The notes: generated by a model not told the origin, from the letters alone. Shown: positions 23,238 through 34,520, counted from the whole stretch's first letter. The stretch: DNA of 63,744 nucleotides, filler included, from Octopus bimaculoides (GCF_001194135.2; 8 parts of 7 records of this genome joined end to end with filler, not necessarily neighbours in it), one strand, 5' to 3'. Translations and numbers: made by a program.

Positions 23238-24223
23238 GTAAAGGTAACAGTCTTTGTGCTTTTTTGAATAGCTAATATGTATCTTCCACAGTATAAAAAT
23301 AACTATTTTAATAATTACACTCAGCTGGCAAAAACAAACCAATCACTGAATCACTCAAAACAGTATTAGCAATATTTTTGTAGCCCCTTTTAAGAGCCAT
23401 AATTTTTGTGTAAATAACTCGATATGACAAACTAATGAATCTCAGTAAGCTAGAAAAATAAGTGTGAAAAGATAATTAAATCTTGAAATAGTTAAGCTTA
23501 ATCGTTTATATACGGTTAGGAAAAAAACATCTTCATGTAATCCTGATGGTTAAAATTTCAAATGCCCTCAATAGACTGAATTCATTTTCTACTTGAAAAC
23601 AGTTGATTGAATTCAGGTATATTTTTCTTTAGGCTTTTGCACTCATTTAGTTACACTTTACTCATTTAATTATATGACACTAATGAGTTATTAGCTTCAT
23701 AAGCTGTTGTTTTTTTTTTTTACCACATTTTCTTAAATTTTCTGTAGACAAAAATTGAATTTAGTCAAATTATAACGGAAGTTAATATGAATTTAAGATG
23801 CAATTATAATATTTAATTGCTTTCTGAATCAGTACCACCTGAACTAAAATCAATTGAATCCATTTGTGTGGGCTGCGAGATGTATATTAAGGTGTTTGGT
23901 TGCATGAGTTGTTAGGTGTTTCCTCTGTTTGCCGGCACGAGGCCAGGTCTGAGTAGAGAAGGGCTAAAGTTAACCAGCTAGAAACCAAGAGGATTGGATG
24001 GCAAAATGTAATATCACAATATCACTTTCATTTGAGAATGGAAGCAAAAGAATTAGTTTTCCTTGCTGTTTTGTTCATATAACAAAAGCAGTCAGTTGTG
24101 TTTAGCATTTGAACTTCCAGTATTTAAGACGTCGGCATTCATGAATTTGTTACTAAAAGAATGTGAAATGCACCAGAAAACCAGTTGAGGGTATCATTGT
24201 TTGCATTTTATTATGAGCATTAT

Positions 24224-24435
24224 CAAGGTGCTGAGCTGGCGGAAATGTTGGCATGCCAGGCGAAATGCTTTGCAGTATTTCGTCAGTCTTTACATTCTGA
24301 GTTCAAATTCCACCAAGGTTGACTTTGCCTTTTATCCTTTCGGAGTCAATGAAAAATGTATCAGTCCAGCACTGGGGTTGATGTAATCAACTATCCCCCT
24401 TCGCTCAAATTTCAGGCCTTGTGCCTATAGTAGAT
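24224..24435 (+). mobile_element. SINE family B, CpG-depleted copy
   Basis: GAGCTGGCGGAAATGTTGGCATGCCAGG..CTGAGTTCAAATTCC..GACTTTGCCTTT. Confidence 0.85.
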
Positions 24436-24699
24436 GTTGTATCCATAACCAAAGCACTTTATTCTCAGTCTGTCTGGCTTTAAATAGGGACCACATGGTG
24501 TGATTAATTATCTGCTGAAAACAGCAGTAGCTGCACCATTTTATGTATCATTTGGTTGTAGTGCTGATTTGTAACATAGAGAAGGATGGTTTCTGTTGGG
24601 TGGATTTGCCTTCAATGAACTGCATAATGACAGTCTGTTGTGATGCTCATAATGATTTAAGGGGCTCTTGTTTCTAGGATACATTATGAGATGCTTGAA

Positions 24700-25577
24700 C
24701 AGAGGTGTGTAGATTTATGTTGCATCCAGGAGGTAAGGTAGAGAGGAAGCTCTGCTAGGTTCCTCACAAACAAAGAACATATGTATAAGATTTTCTGGGT
24801 TGGGAGCATGGTTGTACTCTTTGCTGAAAAATGGTTTGATAAGATAGTCGAGGTAGTCAGTCTGTGATAGACTACTTAAGCTTCGACTAGCGCTGCAACA
24901 TGGATTAGCAACCATTATCTCAGCCTATACCCCTCAGCCGGGGCTACCTGAGGAACAGAAAGACTAATTTTGTGACTCTTACAGACTGCCTCATTGACGT
25001 TGGCAGGGACCTTCTCTTTGTGGCTGGTGTCTTCAATGGGTGACTTCAGGATCAGGGCTAATGGCTGCCCTGAAGACAACTAGTGTGGAAAAGAAGGGTC
25101 TGGAAGCTTAAGGATCCTCTGAATGGACAGAGATTAAGAGACAAGTTTTTGATAAAAAAAAGAGGAGGTGTAGCATCACATAATGTGGAGGACAACTGTT
25201 GAGGGAGCTTGCATGGTGGCAACAGATTTGGAACCAGGCTGCTGAAGTTCTGTAATGCAAATGATCTTATGATCTGTAATATTAACTTCAGGAATCCTGC
25301 CAGTCACCTGTTCACCTACCTGTCTGGTGGGTACACTAGTCAGGTTACATTCTCGCCAGGAAACAAGAAAGATGGCTACTTATAAATGCCAAAACTTTCC
25401 CAGGTGAAGAATGCACCCCACAAAATAGGTTAGTAGCTAGTGACTTCAGGATCAGGGCTAAATGGCTGCCCAGAAGACAGCCAGTGTGGAAAAGATGGGT
25501 CTGGAAGCTTAAGAATCATCTGAATAGACAGAGATTTAGAGACGTATTACTTGAAGGTTTTGATAAAAAAGAGGAGG
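24700..25577 (+). mobile_element. RTE-like LINE AP-endonuclease region with internal duplication
   Basis: VLFAEKWFDKIVEV, ATIISAYTPQPG, VAGVFNG, LLKFCNANDLMICN, YILARKQ, QNRLVASDFRIRAKWLPRRQPVWK; 25040-25170 duplicates 25440-25577. Confidence 0.8.
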
Positions 25578-25941
25578 TCTTTACATTCTGAGTTCAAATT
25601 TGTTTGAGGTTAACATTGCCTTTCATCCTTTCAAGGATGCTAAATATGTACCAGTTAAGGAGAACTGGGGTCGATGTAATCAACTTACCCGCTCCCAGAA
25701 TTGCTGGGCTTGTGCCAAAATTTGAAACCAATATTAGGTCTACATTTGAAGGTGGCAAACTGGCAGAATTGTTCGCATTCCTGGCAAAATGCTAAAGTGT
25801 AAAGTGTAAAGACGGACAAAATGTTGTTGAGTTCAGATTCTGCTGAGGTCTGTCTGCCTTTCATTCTGTCAGGGTAGCTGTTATCAACTTACCCTCTCCT
25901 CCAAAATTGCTGGCCTTGTGCCAAAATTTGAAATCAATATT
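25578..25941 (+). mobile_element. Two tandem SINE family B copies
   Basis: Both end in CTTGTGCCAAAATTTGAAA(C/T)CAATATT; the second has head GGTGGCAAACTGGCAGAATTGTT. Confidence 0.8.
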
Positions 25942-26116
25942 ACCTCTAGTTTCAATTCTCACTTGTAGCTATTACAGTCCTCTTACAAAATTTAACAAAG
26001 CCTCCCAGAAAAATATGCCTATTGTAACACCATTTTCTCCTCTCTCTCATATACTAAATGCCTAATAAGTAATGTTTTCTCTATGTAATAACTCCTTTCT
26101 TTCTTTCTTTCTGTAG

Positions 26117-26241
26117 ATGCTAAGAAATGTTTTGAAAACCAACTTCCCATTATTGACCATTCCATCACCAGAATTTGTCGGTCGCCTCATTGTCTCTAAT
26201 CAGTGCACAGTTATTTCACGTTTGTGCCGTATCATCTTTGA
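26117..26241 (+). CDS. CENPI: Next internal exon of centromere protein I-like gene
   Basis: Strong (CTTT)n-CTGTAG acceptor, GTAAGT donor, only frame 1 open, phase compatible with the previous exon: MLRNVLKTNFPLLTIPSPEFVGRLIVSNQCTVISRLCRIIF. Resembles, from memory, CENP-I YNLPLVVLFPPGIFYSALLSLDTSILNQLCFIM. Confidence 0.78.
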
Positions 26242-26412
26242 GTAAGTTTCACTGAATCCTTTCATGTTTCTGCTGATGCTCAGAATTGCTTGTAGGAATT
26301 TTACTATCTGTGTTTGTGTGTATCTTGTTTTTATAATCTAATTATTTTCCATTCTCATTGTAGGGTTGTTTCTATTTATTTAAGCTTTATAAATGTTCTA
26401 AAAGCAGTGGAA

Positions 26413-26600
26413 TACATCATTGTCATTTAGGGTCCGTTTTCTAAGCTGGCATGGGTTGGACAGTTTGGCAGTATCTGGCAAGCCTGAGAGCTGGACCAGG
26501 TACCAGTCATCTATTTTGGCAAGATCTCTATGGCTGGATGCCCTTCTTAGTGCCAACTACCTTACAGGGTGTATCAGATGCTTTTTACATGGCACCAGCT
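26413..26600 (-). mobile_element. Old family C (RTE-tail) repeat
   Basis: GCATGGGTTGGACAGTTTG..GGCTGGATGCCCTTCTTAGTGCCAAC similar to 20941. Confidence 0.75.
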
Positions 26601-26814
26601 TGAATTCAAAATTGATAAAGCTGTTAATAATTATGTGTAAATACTGAATTAAAAAACGATTTGGATGAAAAAAGCCCAAGGCTACCTGTGGGACTTGAAT
26701 TCACATCATTTATTAACATGATAGATGTTCTACCATTGGATAACAGCATTCCTTTGAAGTTCTCCATCAATTGTAGAATTCTTTTTTCTTACCAGCAAGT
26801 ATTGAAGGTAGTTT

Positions 26815-26950
26815 ATGTGATGGCCTAGTGGTTAGGGTGTTGCACTCACAATCACCAGATTGTAGGGTCAGTTCCTGGCCCTGGAGGCATGTTGTGTTGT
26901 TGAGCCAAACACTCCATTTCCTGTTGCTCCAGTTCTGTGTGGGGGCCAGC
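26815..26950 (+). mobile_element. SINE head fragment (CORE-like family)
   Basis: TGGCCTAGTGGTTAGGGTGTTGCACTCAC similar to the 3330 head. Confidence 0.55.
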
Positions 26951-27509
26951 ATATGCAGCATATGAGAGAAACAAGTAAAGGATAAATTATGCATCCTGGA
27001 CTACATTATCTAATATGCATTATACCTTTAAGAAGGTATGATTTGGTTTTGATACAGATTTGATACCTATTTCTAGAGCATTCAGCAATTGTTCAACCAG
27101 GTTCCTTTAATGAATGAAAGATTTATTTTACTTGTGCCGCTTGTCTTTAAAAAGTCTGATAATTTTATTTACATAACTTGTTGAAGCTAGGTTGATCTGC
27201 ATAAATATAATTGCTATTCAAATGGTCTAAACACTTCATATTTTCCAAAATCTTCAACCATGGACACCTTCTATTGAGTTAGTAAAATTTAGCATAGATT
27301 CTTTGCGAAAACAATTGGATTGGATTGGATTGCCTATGTTGTGTCCACTGCAGGATGGAGGCTTCAGCATGTTCTCTCCACCAACCATGGTCTGATGTGT
27401 AGACCATGGATTTGAGCTTGTGATCGTACTGGTTTGATGAACCTACTCTGCCACTCCTGGCTCGACACAGCTTGGCAGAGGGGGGGTGCAGTTTTTATAC
27501 TCTTATCCA

Positions 27510-27675
27510 GGAGAAATTAAGTCAACTACATTGACCCCACTGCTTAACTGGTATTCCGAAAGAATGAAATACAGAGTCAACTGCAGTGGGATTTGAATTC
27601 AGAACGTAAGGACAGATGAAGTACCACTAAGCATTTTACCCAGCATGCTAACAATTCTGCCAGATTGCTGCCTTA
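27510..27675 (-). mobile_element. SINE family B, CpG-depleted copy
   Basis: Reverse complement aligns to 55994-56207. Confidence 0.75.
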
Positions 27676-27686
27676 TGTAATAATTC

Positions 27687-28472
27687 GGATCTATTTTAAA
27701 ACGGGGGCCACAGTATTTTCTTAACGAAACACTTTGAAACTTGGAACATTGGTAGAATGTGTCATATAAAACATCTTTTTCTCTTAGTCTTCTTAACAAA
27801 AAAAAAAGAAATCCCTAAGTTATTCCATGTTAAAGTTGTCGTATTTCTGTAATTTCAACCAATCACTGACGTCCATTCAGCCGATATACATTAAGTGCCG
27901 ACTACATAAACAAACGATTCTGAAACAATTCTATCGGTGATAAAATTATTATTTCCTTGTCAAAAAATGGCTGAAGCATATTGGCAGTAGTTAATAAACC
28001 TTTCTATTATAGGCTAACCCTAACCCTAACGCTAGGGTTNNNNNNNNNNNNNNNNNNNNNNNNNNNNNNNNNNNNNNNNNNNNNNNNNNNNNNNNNNNNN
28101 NNNNNNNNNNNNNNNNNNNNNNNNNNNNNNNNNNNNNNNNNNNNNNNNNNNNNNNNNNNNNNNNNNNNNNNNNNNNNNNNNNNNNNNNNNNNNNNNNNNN
28201 NNNNNNNNNNNNNNNNNNNNNNNNNNNNNNNNNNNNNNNNNNNNNNNNNNNNNNNNNNNNNNNNNNNNNNNNNNNNNNNNNNNNNNNNNNNNNNNNNNNN
28301 NNNNNNNNNNNNNNNNNNNNNNNNNNNNNNNNNNNNNNNNNNNNNNNNNNNNNNNNNNNNNNNNNTCTATAACACAAAATAGATAAGTATACGAAGTTTG
28401 AAAGTCTTTTGGTACCAAAAACACTACGTAAAACATTAATGAAAACTGTGGCCCCCGTTTTAAAATAGATCC
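27687..28472. mobile_element. Non-autonomous DNA transposon with 28-bp perfect TIRs and 8-bp TSD (Merlin-like or hAT)
   Basis: TIR GGATCTATTTTAAAACGGGGGCCACAGT at both ends; AATAATTC duplicated at 27679-27686 and 28473-28480; internal TAACCCTAACCCTAAC-GCTAGGGTT next to a gap. Confidence 0.92.
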
Positions 28473-28861
28473 AATAATTCTGTAAAATAGAACCTCACAC
28501 ACAAATGTGCACATGCTCACACACACACAAACATATTTGTTTAGAGTTAACTGCTGGAAAAAAGTACTTGATACCATCGTAGAGATTAATGTTTTATTTT
28601 GGTCAAATCTATCGCTTGCTACTCTGTGTTTTGTCTGTTGGTTTCGCAGGGGCTTCAAATAGGTTATTAATGAAGAAACGATGGAATTGGCAGGTTTATA
28701 TATAGGATTCCTGTCATAGTGTATGATGGTGGGAGAGAAATAAAAATGAAGAAACAAAAAGGAAAGACAGGANNNNNNNNNNGAAGGAAAGGAAGAAGCA
28801 GAAAGAAAGCAGGTTATGATGGGGGTAAATGAAGCGCATTGGACAGATGATTTATATATCC

Positions 28862-28997
28862 TCATCATCATTTAGCATTCATTTTCCATGCTGGCATGAG
28901 TTAGATGGTTTGATTAGAGAGTAAGTTGGAGAGCTACACCACACTCAAGTCTGTTTTGGTTTGCTTTCTATGATTGGATGCTTTTCCTAATGCCAAG
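28862..28997 (-). mobile_element. Old family C (RTE-tail) repeat
   Basis: CATCATCATTTAGCATTCATTTTCCATGCTGGCATG..TGGATGCTTTTCCTAATGCCAA. Confidence 0.7.
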
Positions 28998-28999
28998 TT

Positions 29000-29034
<35 letters not shown>

Positions 29035-29210
29035 GTATATGTATATATATATATGTATATATATATATGTATATATATATATGTATATATATATATGTAT
29101 ATATATATATNNNNNNNNNNNNNNNNNNNNNNNNNNNNNNNNNNNNNNNNNNNNTTAATTAATTAANNNNNNNNNNNNNNNNNNNNNNNNNNNNNNNNNN
29201 NNNNNNNNNN

Positions 29211-29589
29211 CCAGATGACAACGTTTCTCTAAAAGAAATGGAGAAACGTTCAATATTCCAAGATCTAGAAATAGAGGTAACTCGAATCTGTGTGTGGAAC
29301 CTAAAAACTGAAACAAATCTTATAATAGTAGGCGTATTAGGTATGATAAAAAACGATTCAGGCAAATACATAATCAAAACACCAGGACTTACAAGAGTAT
29401 ATAACATACATAAAATAGCGCTACTAGGCACCGCACACATCCTACGTAAAGCACTTTCAACATAGTGAAAATAAGAACACCACAACAAACCACAGCACAT
29501 ACCTAAGGCACACAGAGCTGCGCTCGGTAGTGAAGTGAAAGCACGTTATAAAAATAAAACTACTGAACAATATTAATAATAATAATAAT
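29211..29589 (+). mobile_element. R4/Dong-like LINE 3' end no. 1 (restriction-like endonuclease)
   Basis: PDDNVSLKEMEKRSIFQDLEIEV..IIVGVLGMI..HKIALLGTAHILRKAL*, short UTR, (AAT)n tail. Confidence 0.85.
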
Positions 29590-30178
29590 AGCCCAGAAGG
29601 AATATAAGAGACGCCACAACAATATAGCCAGGCTTGTCCATTGGACACTTTGTAACAAGTATGGACTTGACAGAGCAAAAAATTGGTACGACCACAAACC
29701 TGAAGGCATTGTCGAAAATAGAAATGCAAAGATCCTATGGAATTTTATGATTCAGTGCGACCATGGGATTGAGAATAGGAGGTCGGACATAGTGTTAATT
29801 GAGAAAGAAAAACAAACTATGCTGGATCATAGACATAGCATGCTCAGCCGACAACAAGTTATGCGATAAGGAAGAAAGAAAAGTCGAGGGATATGAGAGG
29901 TTAGCTTGGGAAGTTAAGCAGTTGTGGTCGATGAAAAAGGTAGCAGTAGTACCAATAATTGTCGGAACCCAGGGAACAGTGAGCAAAAATTTCGAGAAGT
30001 ACGTGGAATAAATAGGAGTTGTAATAAGGGTGGATCACTTGCAGAAAACAGCACTGCTTGGAACTGCTCGAATGCCCCGGAAGGTGCTCGAAATATAAGA
30101 GGTGTTACCTTAGTTCACTGGTAGTGAACAGCTGACACTGTAGTACATCTCCAGCGTTAGAAGTTGCGCAAAGACAAC

Positions 30179-30220
<42 letters not shown>

Positions 30221-30247
30221 TATAATAATAATAATAATAATAATAAT

Positions 30248-30281
<34 letters not shown>

Positions 30282-30290
30282 GTAATAATA
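29590..30290 (+). mobile_element. R4/Dong-like LINE 3' end no. 2
   Basis: AQKEYK.RHNNIARLVHW..RRSDIVLIEKE..WIIDIAC..VPIIVGT..LQKTALLGTAR; begins directly after (AAT)n and ends in long (AAT)n. Confidence 0.9.
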
Positions 30291-30767
30291 AATGCCCTGA
30301 TGCAGTACCAGGCAGTGGTTCTCGTGGCTTCTGATTTTAACTGATTGGAAGTGTTATCATGTACATTGTTTTGTCTTGGTATAAAAGATGTGCTACAGCA
30401 AATATTCTGCTTANNNNNNNNNNNNNNNNNNNNNNNNNNNNNNNNNNNNNNNNNNNNNNNNNNNNNNNNNNNNNNNNNNNNNNNNNNNNNNNNNNNNNNN
30501 NNNNNNNNNNNNNNNNNNNNNNNNNNNNNNNNNNNNNNNNNNNNNNNNNNNNNNNNNNNNNNNNNNNNNNNNNNNNNNNNNNNNNNNNNNNNNNNNNNNN
30601 NNNNNNNNNNNNNNNNNNNNNNNNNNNNNNNNNNNNNNNNNGCGCACATATGGTTGTGATGTATGTGCCTGGTGTACCCTTATCAGACGGGTAGTCATGA
30701 TGGGTGTACTGGGCTTCGTATATTTTACCCCAGTGTCACTTTGATGGCACACACTGCTCTCTCACTC

Positions 30768-30768
<1 letters not shown>
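30290..30768 (+). mobile_element. SINE/retroposon pieces flanking a gap, ending in (AAT)n
   Basis: GC-richer non-coding blocks 30290-30413 and 30642-30768 bounded by AAT tracts; family assignment from recollection only. Confidence 0.45.
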
Positions 30769-30833
<65 letters not shown>

Positions 30834-30834
<1 letters not shown>

Positions 30835-31209
30835 GTTATAGTTGCAGAAAGGAAGGCTGAAAAGGGAGACAGAAAGTTTGTTAGTAGCAGCACACGATCA
30901 AGCATTAAGAACTAATTGGATAAAAGCCAAGATAGACAAAAACCAAGTAGAATCCCAATGTAGACTATGAAAATCAGAAAAGGAAAGCGTTATGCATTAG
31001 TAAATGAATATAACATGCTGGCACAGAAAGAATACAAGATAAGATATGACAACCTAGGGAGAATAATCCACTGGGAGCTATGTAGAAAGCTAGGAATTGA
31101 ATATGCTGATAAATGGTATGAACATGAACCTAGTAAAGTACTAGAAAATCAGAAGTATAAGATGTGGGACTTTAACATTCAGACTGACAGAGCAATAGAA
31201 GGCTTAATT

Positions 31210-31269
<60 letters not shown>

Positions 31270-31633
31270 ATAAGGAAGAAAGTGCTGGATAATTGACTTT
31301 ACAGTCCCAAATGAGAAAAGATCAATATGAGAGGCATAGAAAAAATAGCAAGGTAACAGGACCTAGCCATTGAATCACGGAAACAATGGAAAGTGCGGAT
31401 AAAACGTATCATAGTAGTTAAAGACGCATTGGGAAGTATCCCTAAAGATTTGAACAGATAGATAGAGGAAATAGGCGTAAATCTCAGGTTAGTACAACTT
31501 CAGAAAACAGTGTTATTAGGGGCAGCTAGGATACTTAAGAGGGTTCTTGGCATCTAAGGTTACTTGTTGTTGTAGCCTGATGTTAGGATATTTTCTTTTC
31601 CAACAGTCTAATTTGTTGTGTGTGTATAATAAC

Positions 31634-31684
<51 letters not shown>
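30834..31684 (+). mobile_element. R4/Dong-like LINE 3' portion no. 3 with CCHC finger and REL domain
   Basis: ETESLLVAAHDQALRTNWIKAKIDK..QCRL, AQKEYKIRYDNLGRIIHWELC, WDFNIQTD, (TAG)n insertion at 31210-31268, LQKTVLLGAARILKRVLGI*, (AAT)n tail. Confidence 0.9.
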
Positions 31685-31686
<2 letters not shown>

Positions 31687-31699
31687 AAAACAATTTATT

Positions 31700-31905
31700 T
31701 CCCCTTGCTCCAGTCCACTCAGCTGGCAAAAATGAGTAGTACCTGTAGCCACGTCACGTTCTGTGTCACCCTGAATCTCCCTGAGAACTATGTTAAGGGT
31801 ACACATGTCTGTGACGTGCTCAGCTACATGCACGTTAATTTCACGGGCAGGCTGTTCCGTTGAACGGATCAGCTGCAACCCTCGTCATCGTAACCAACGG
31901 AGTCC
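31700..31905 (+). mobile_element. SINE (CORE-like family), 5'-truncated
   Basis: TTGCTCCAGTCCACTCAGCTGGCAAAAATGAGT and tail shared with 41141 and 22541. Confidence 0.85.
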
Positions 31906-32312
31906 GTTACGATGAGGAGGGTTGCAGCTGATCTTAATACTTTTGCAAAGTCACTGACTATAAAACCTCTAGCATGAGTGTTACGAAAACGTAATATTTC
32001 GATGGTTTTTGCTTTAAATTATTTTCTTTTGTTTCGCTTCTTTTCTATCTCTTTAGCTTTTACCTTTACCTTGTATCATGCATTAGACTGCGGCTAGGAT
32101 TTAGTCGAGTAAATAGACTGCAGTATTTATTTATTTTAAAGCTTAGTTTTTATTTATTTCATCGGTCTATTTTGAATACCGAAGTTTTGTAGGTTTCTAT
32201 ATGTATATCCACTAATAAGGAATTTTTACTTGATCCCTCCAGCTATTTGCTAATCACAGTTTTTTTTATACATCAGTGGGTGCTCATTTTCTCTCAGCAT
32301 GCTATTGATAAT

Positions 32313-32353
<41 letters not shown>

Positions 32354-32359
32354 TTTTTC

Positions 32360-32746
32360 TTTTATTCTTTTATTTGTTTCAGCCATTTGACTGCGGCCAT
32401 GCTAGAGCACCGCCTTTAGTCGAACAAATCGACTAGTACTTATTTAATCCAACCCCTTTTCCGAACCGCTAAGTTACTGGGACATAAACACACCAGCATC
32501 GGTTGTCAAGCGGTTGTAGTGGGACAAACACAGACACACAAACACACTCAAACACATATACATAGATATAGATATGTATATACAACGGGCTTCTTTCAGT
32601 TTCCGTTTACCAAATCCACTCACAAGGCTTTGGTCGGCCCGAGGCTATAGTAGAAGACACTTGCCCAAAGTACCACGCAGTGGGACTGAACCGGGAACCA
32701 TCTGGTTGGTAAGCAACCTACTTACCACACAGCCACGCTTACGCCT
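32360..32746 (-). mobile_element. Full-length SINE family A
   Basis: Reverse complement of the 14043-14430 type. Confidence 0.92.
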
Positions 32747-33006
32747 ATATATAATTATTTAATAAGCACAGTATATATAATTTTTATGAGATTATGTGAA
32801 GGCACCAGGCGTGTTATAAAATGTTGCCTGAATTATTTTCATTGCATGAAACTAATAGTAGCTCATAAAAATATAGATTGTGTTTATTAAATAATATTTA
32901 TCTCTCACCAGACTGAGTATTTCTTTGTTGATCTCACCATCACGGAACAGTACACTACACACATACACACACACAGACACACACATGTACACGTACACAC
33001 GCACAC

Positions 33007-33075
<69 letters not shown>

Positions 33076-34125
33076 NNNNNNNNNNNNNNNNNNNNNNNNN
33101 NNNNNNNNNNNNNNNNNNNNNNNNNNNNNNNNNNNNNNNNNNNNNNNNNNNNNNNNNNNNNNNNNNNNNNNNNNNNNNNNNNNNNNNNNNNNNNNNNNNN
33201 NNNNNNNNNNNNNNNNNNNNNNNNNNNNNNNNNNNNNNNNNNNNNNNNNNNNNNNNNNNNNNNNNNNNNNNNNNNNNNNNNNNNNNNNNNNNNNNNNNNN
33301 NNNNNNNNNNNNNNNNNNNNNNNNNNNNNNNNNNNNNNNNNNNNNNNNNNNNNNNNNNNNNNNNNNNNNNNNNNNNNNNNNNNNNNNNNNATATATATAA
33401 GAGATGGTATATGATTTGAGGTTGAGATTTTAGTTGATGACATCTATTGTATGGGACAGAGGAGTGGAATTGAGAGGGGTGGGTGACGGAATAAAAGAGA
33501 ACGTGATGTTTCAGCGGTGAAAGGCGAGGCGGGGCGGAGGCTCTGCTGTCTGTTGACGAAAAATGGTGGAGAGCTGATATACGATGTAGTCATCGTTATT
33601 GTAATTATTATAGTGGCGGCGATACAAGAAGTGAACTGGTGGTGGTGGTTTCGGAGGTGTAGGTGGTAATAATGATGATGTTGTGGGAGAGTGGCCGTTA
33701 TTTGCAAAGGAATGGGTTGGGTAAGGTGGAGGAAAGGGTGGTGTCGAGGATTAGTCGAAATTAATGTTCAGGGTCAAATTCCTAATAAGATATAATGTCC
33801 CGATGGCGTTGATCATATACCAAGGGGCTGATAGCGATCCAATTAACTAATTAGTTTGACGACTCCCACATACATAGAAACACAGGCGCACATATGCAGA
33901 CACAGGCAAAACATAAGTGCACAGATACGCATGCACACGTTTACATACACTGATACTTACACAAGAATGATGCAGAGCAGCATATGCATCCCATACCCCC
34001 CCCCACAAACACACACACACACACANNNNNNNNNNNNNNNNNNNNNNNNNNNNNNNNNNNNNNNNNNNNTTAATTAATTAANNNNNNNNNNNNNNNNNNN
34101 NNNNNNNNNNNNNNNNNNNNNNNNN

Positions 34126-34157
<32 letters not shown>

Positions 34158-34311
34158 TATATGCAGAACAGTTTGTTCTTTGCGACATGTTATCTCGAAA
34201 AAACGACCATAGTCTTGTTTTAAAAACTTTTTTTGTTTATTAATGACTTCTTTTAGTTTTCCTTATTAATGGTATATATTTACTTTGGAACAATAACAGT
34301 TCTATATCCGT

Positions 34312-34354
34312 ACGTCAACGTTTCGGTACCTCCTCGGTGTAATCTTCAGGATGT
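34312..34354 (-). ncRNA. Degenerate minimal hammerhead ribozyme
   Basis: Minus strand ACATC CTGAAGA TTACACC-GAGGA-GGTACC GAA ACGT T GACGT; stem I 4/5 paired, palindromic ACGT stem III, stem II base mispaired. Confidence 0.6.
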
Positions 34355-34369
34355 GTGTAGTCTTCAAAG

Positions 34370-34520
34370 TGGTTGTCGCAATATTTTTATTTATATATAT
34401 AGCGGCTCTTTGTTCGGTTTTCTGTAACGATAATTCTTTTTCCTGAAGTTAGGTGTAGCGTAGTGTGTAAACAGAAAGCAGATAATCTTTAGAATATTTT
34501 CTGACACATCAATATTCTAC
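34370..34520 (-). mobile_element. Penelope-like RT fragment
   Basis: NYRYRKPNKEPLYI matches the YRKPN..PLYI..SNHP block; the homologous block occurs at 58790-58880. Confidence 0.55.

Noticed and set aside
28015-28039. True telomere or chromosome fusion site
   Set aside because: Only a few units visible, enclosed by the TIRs and TSD of a transposon.
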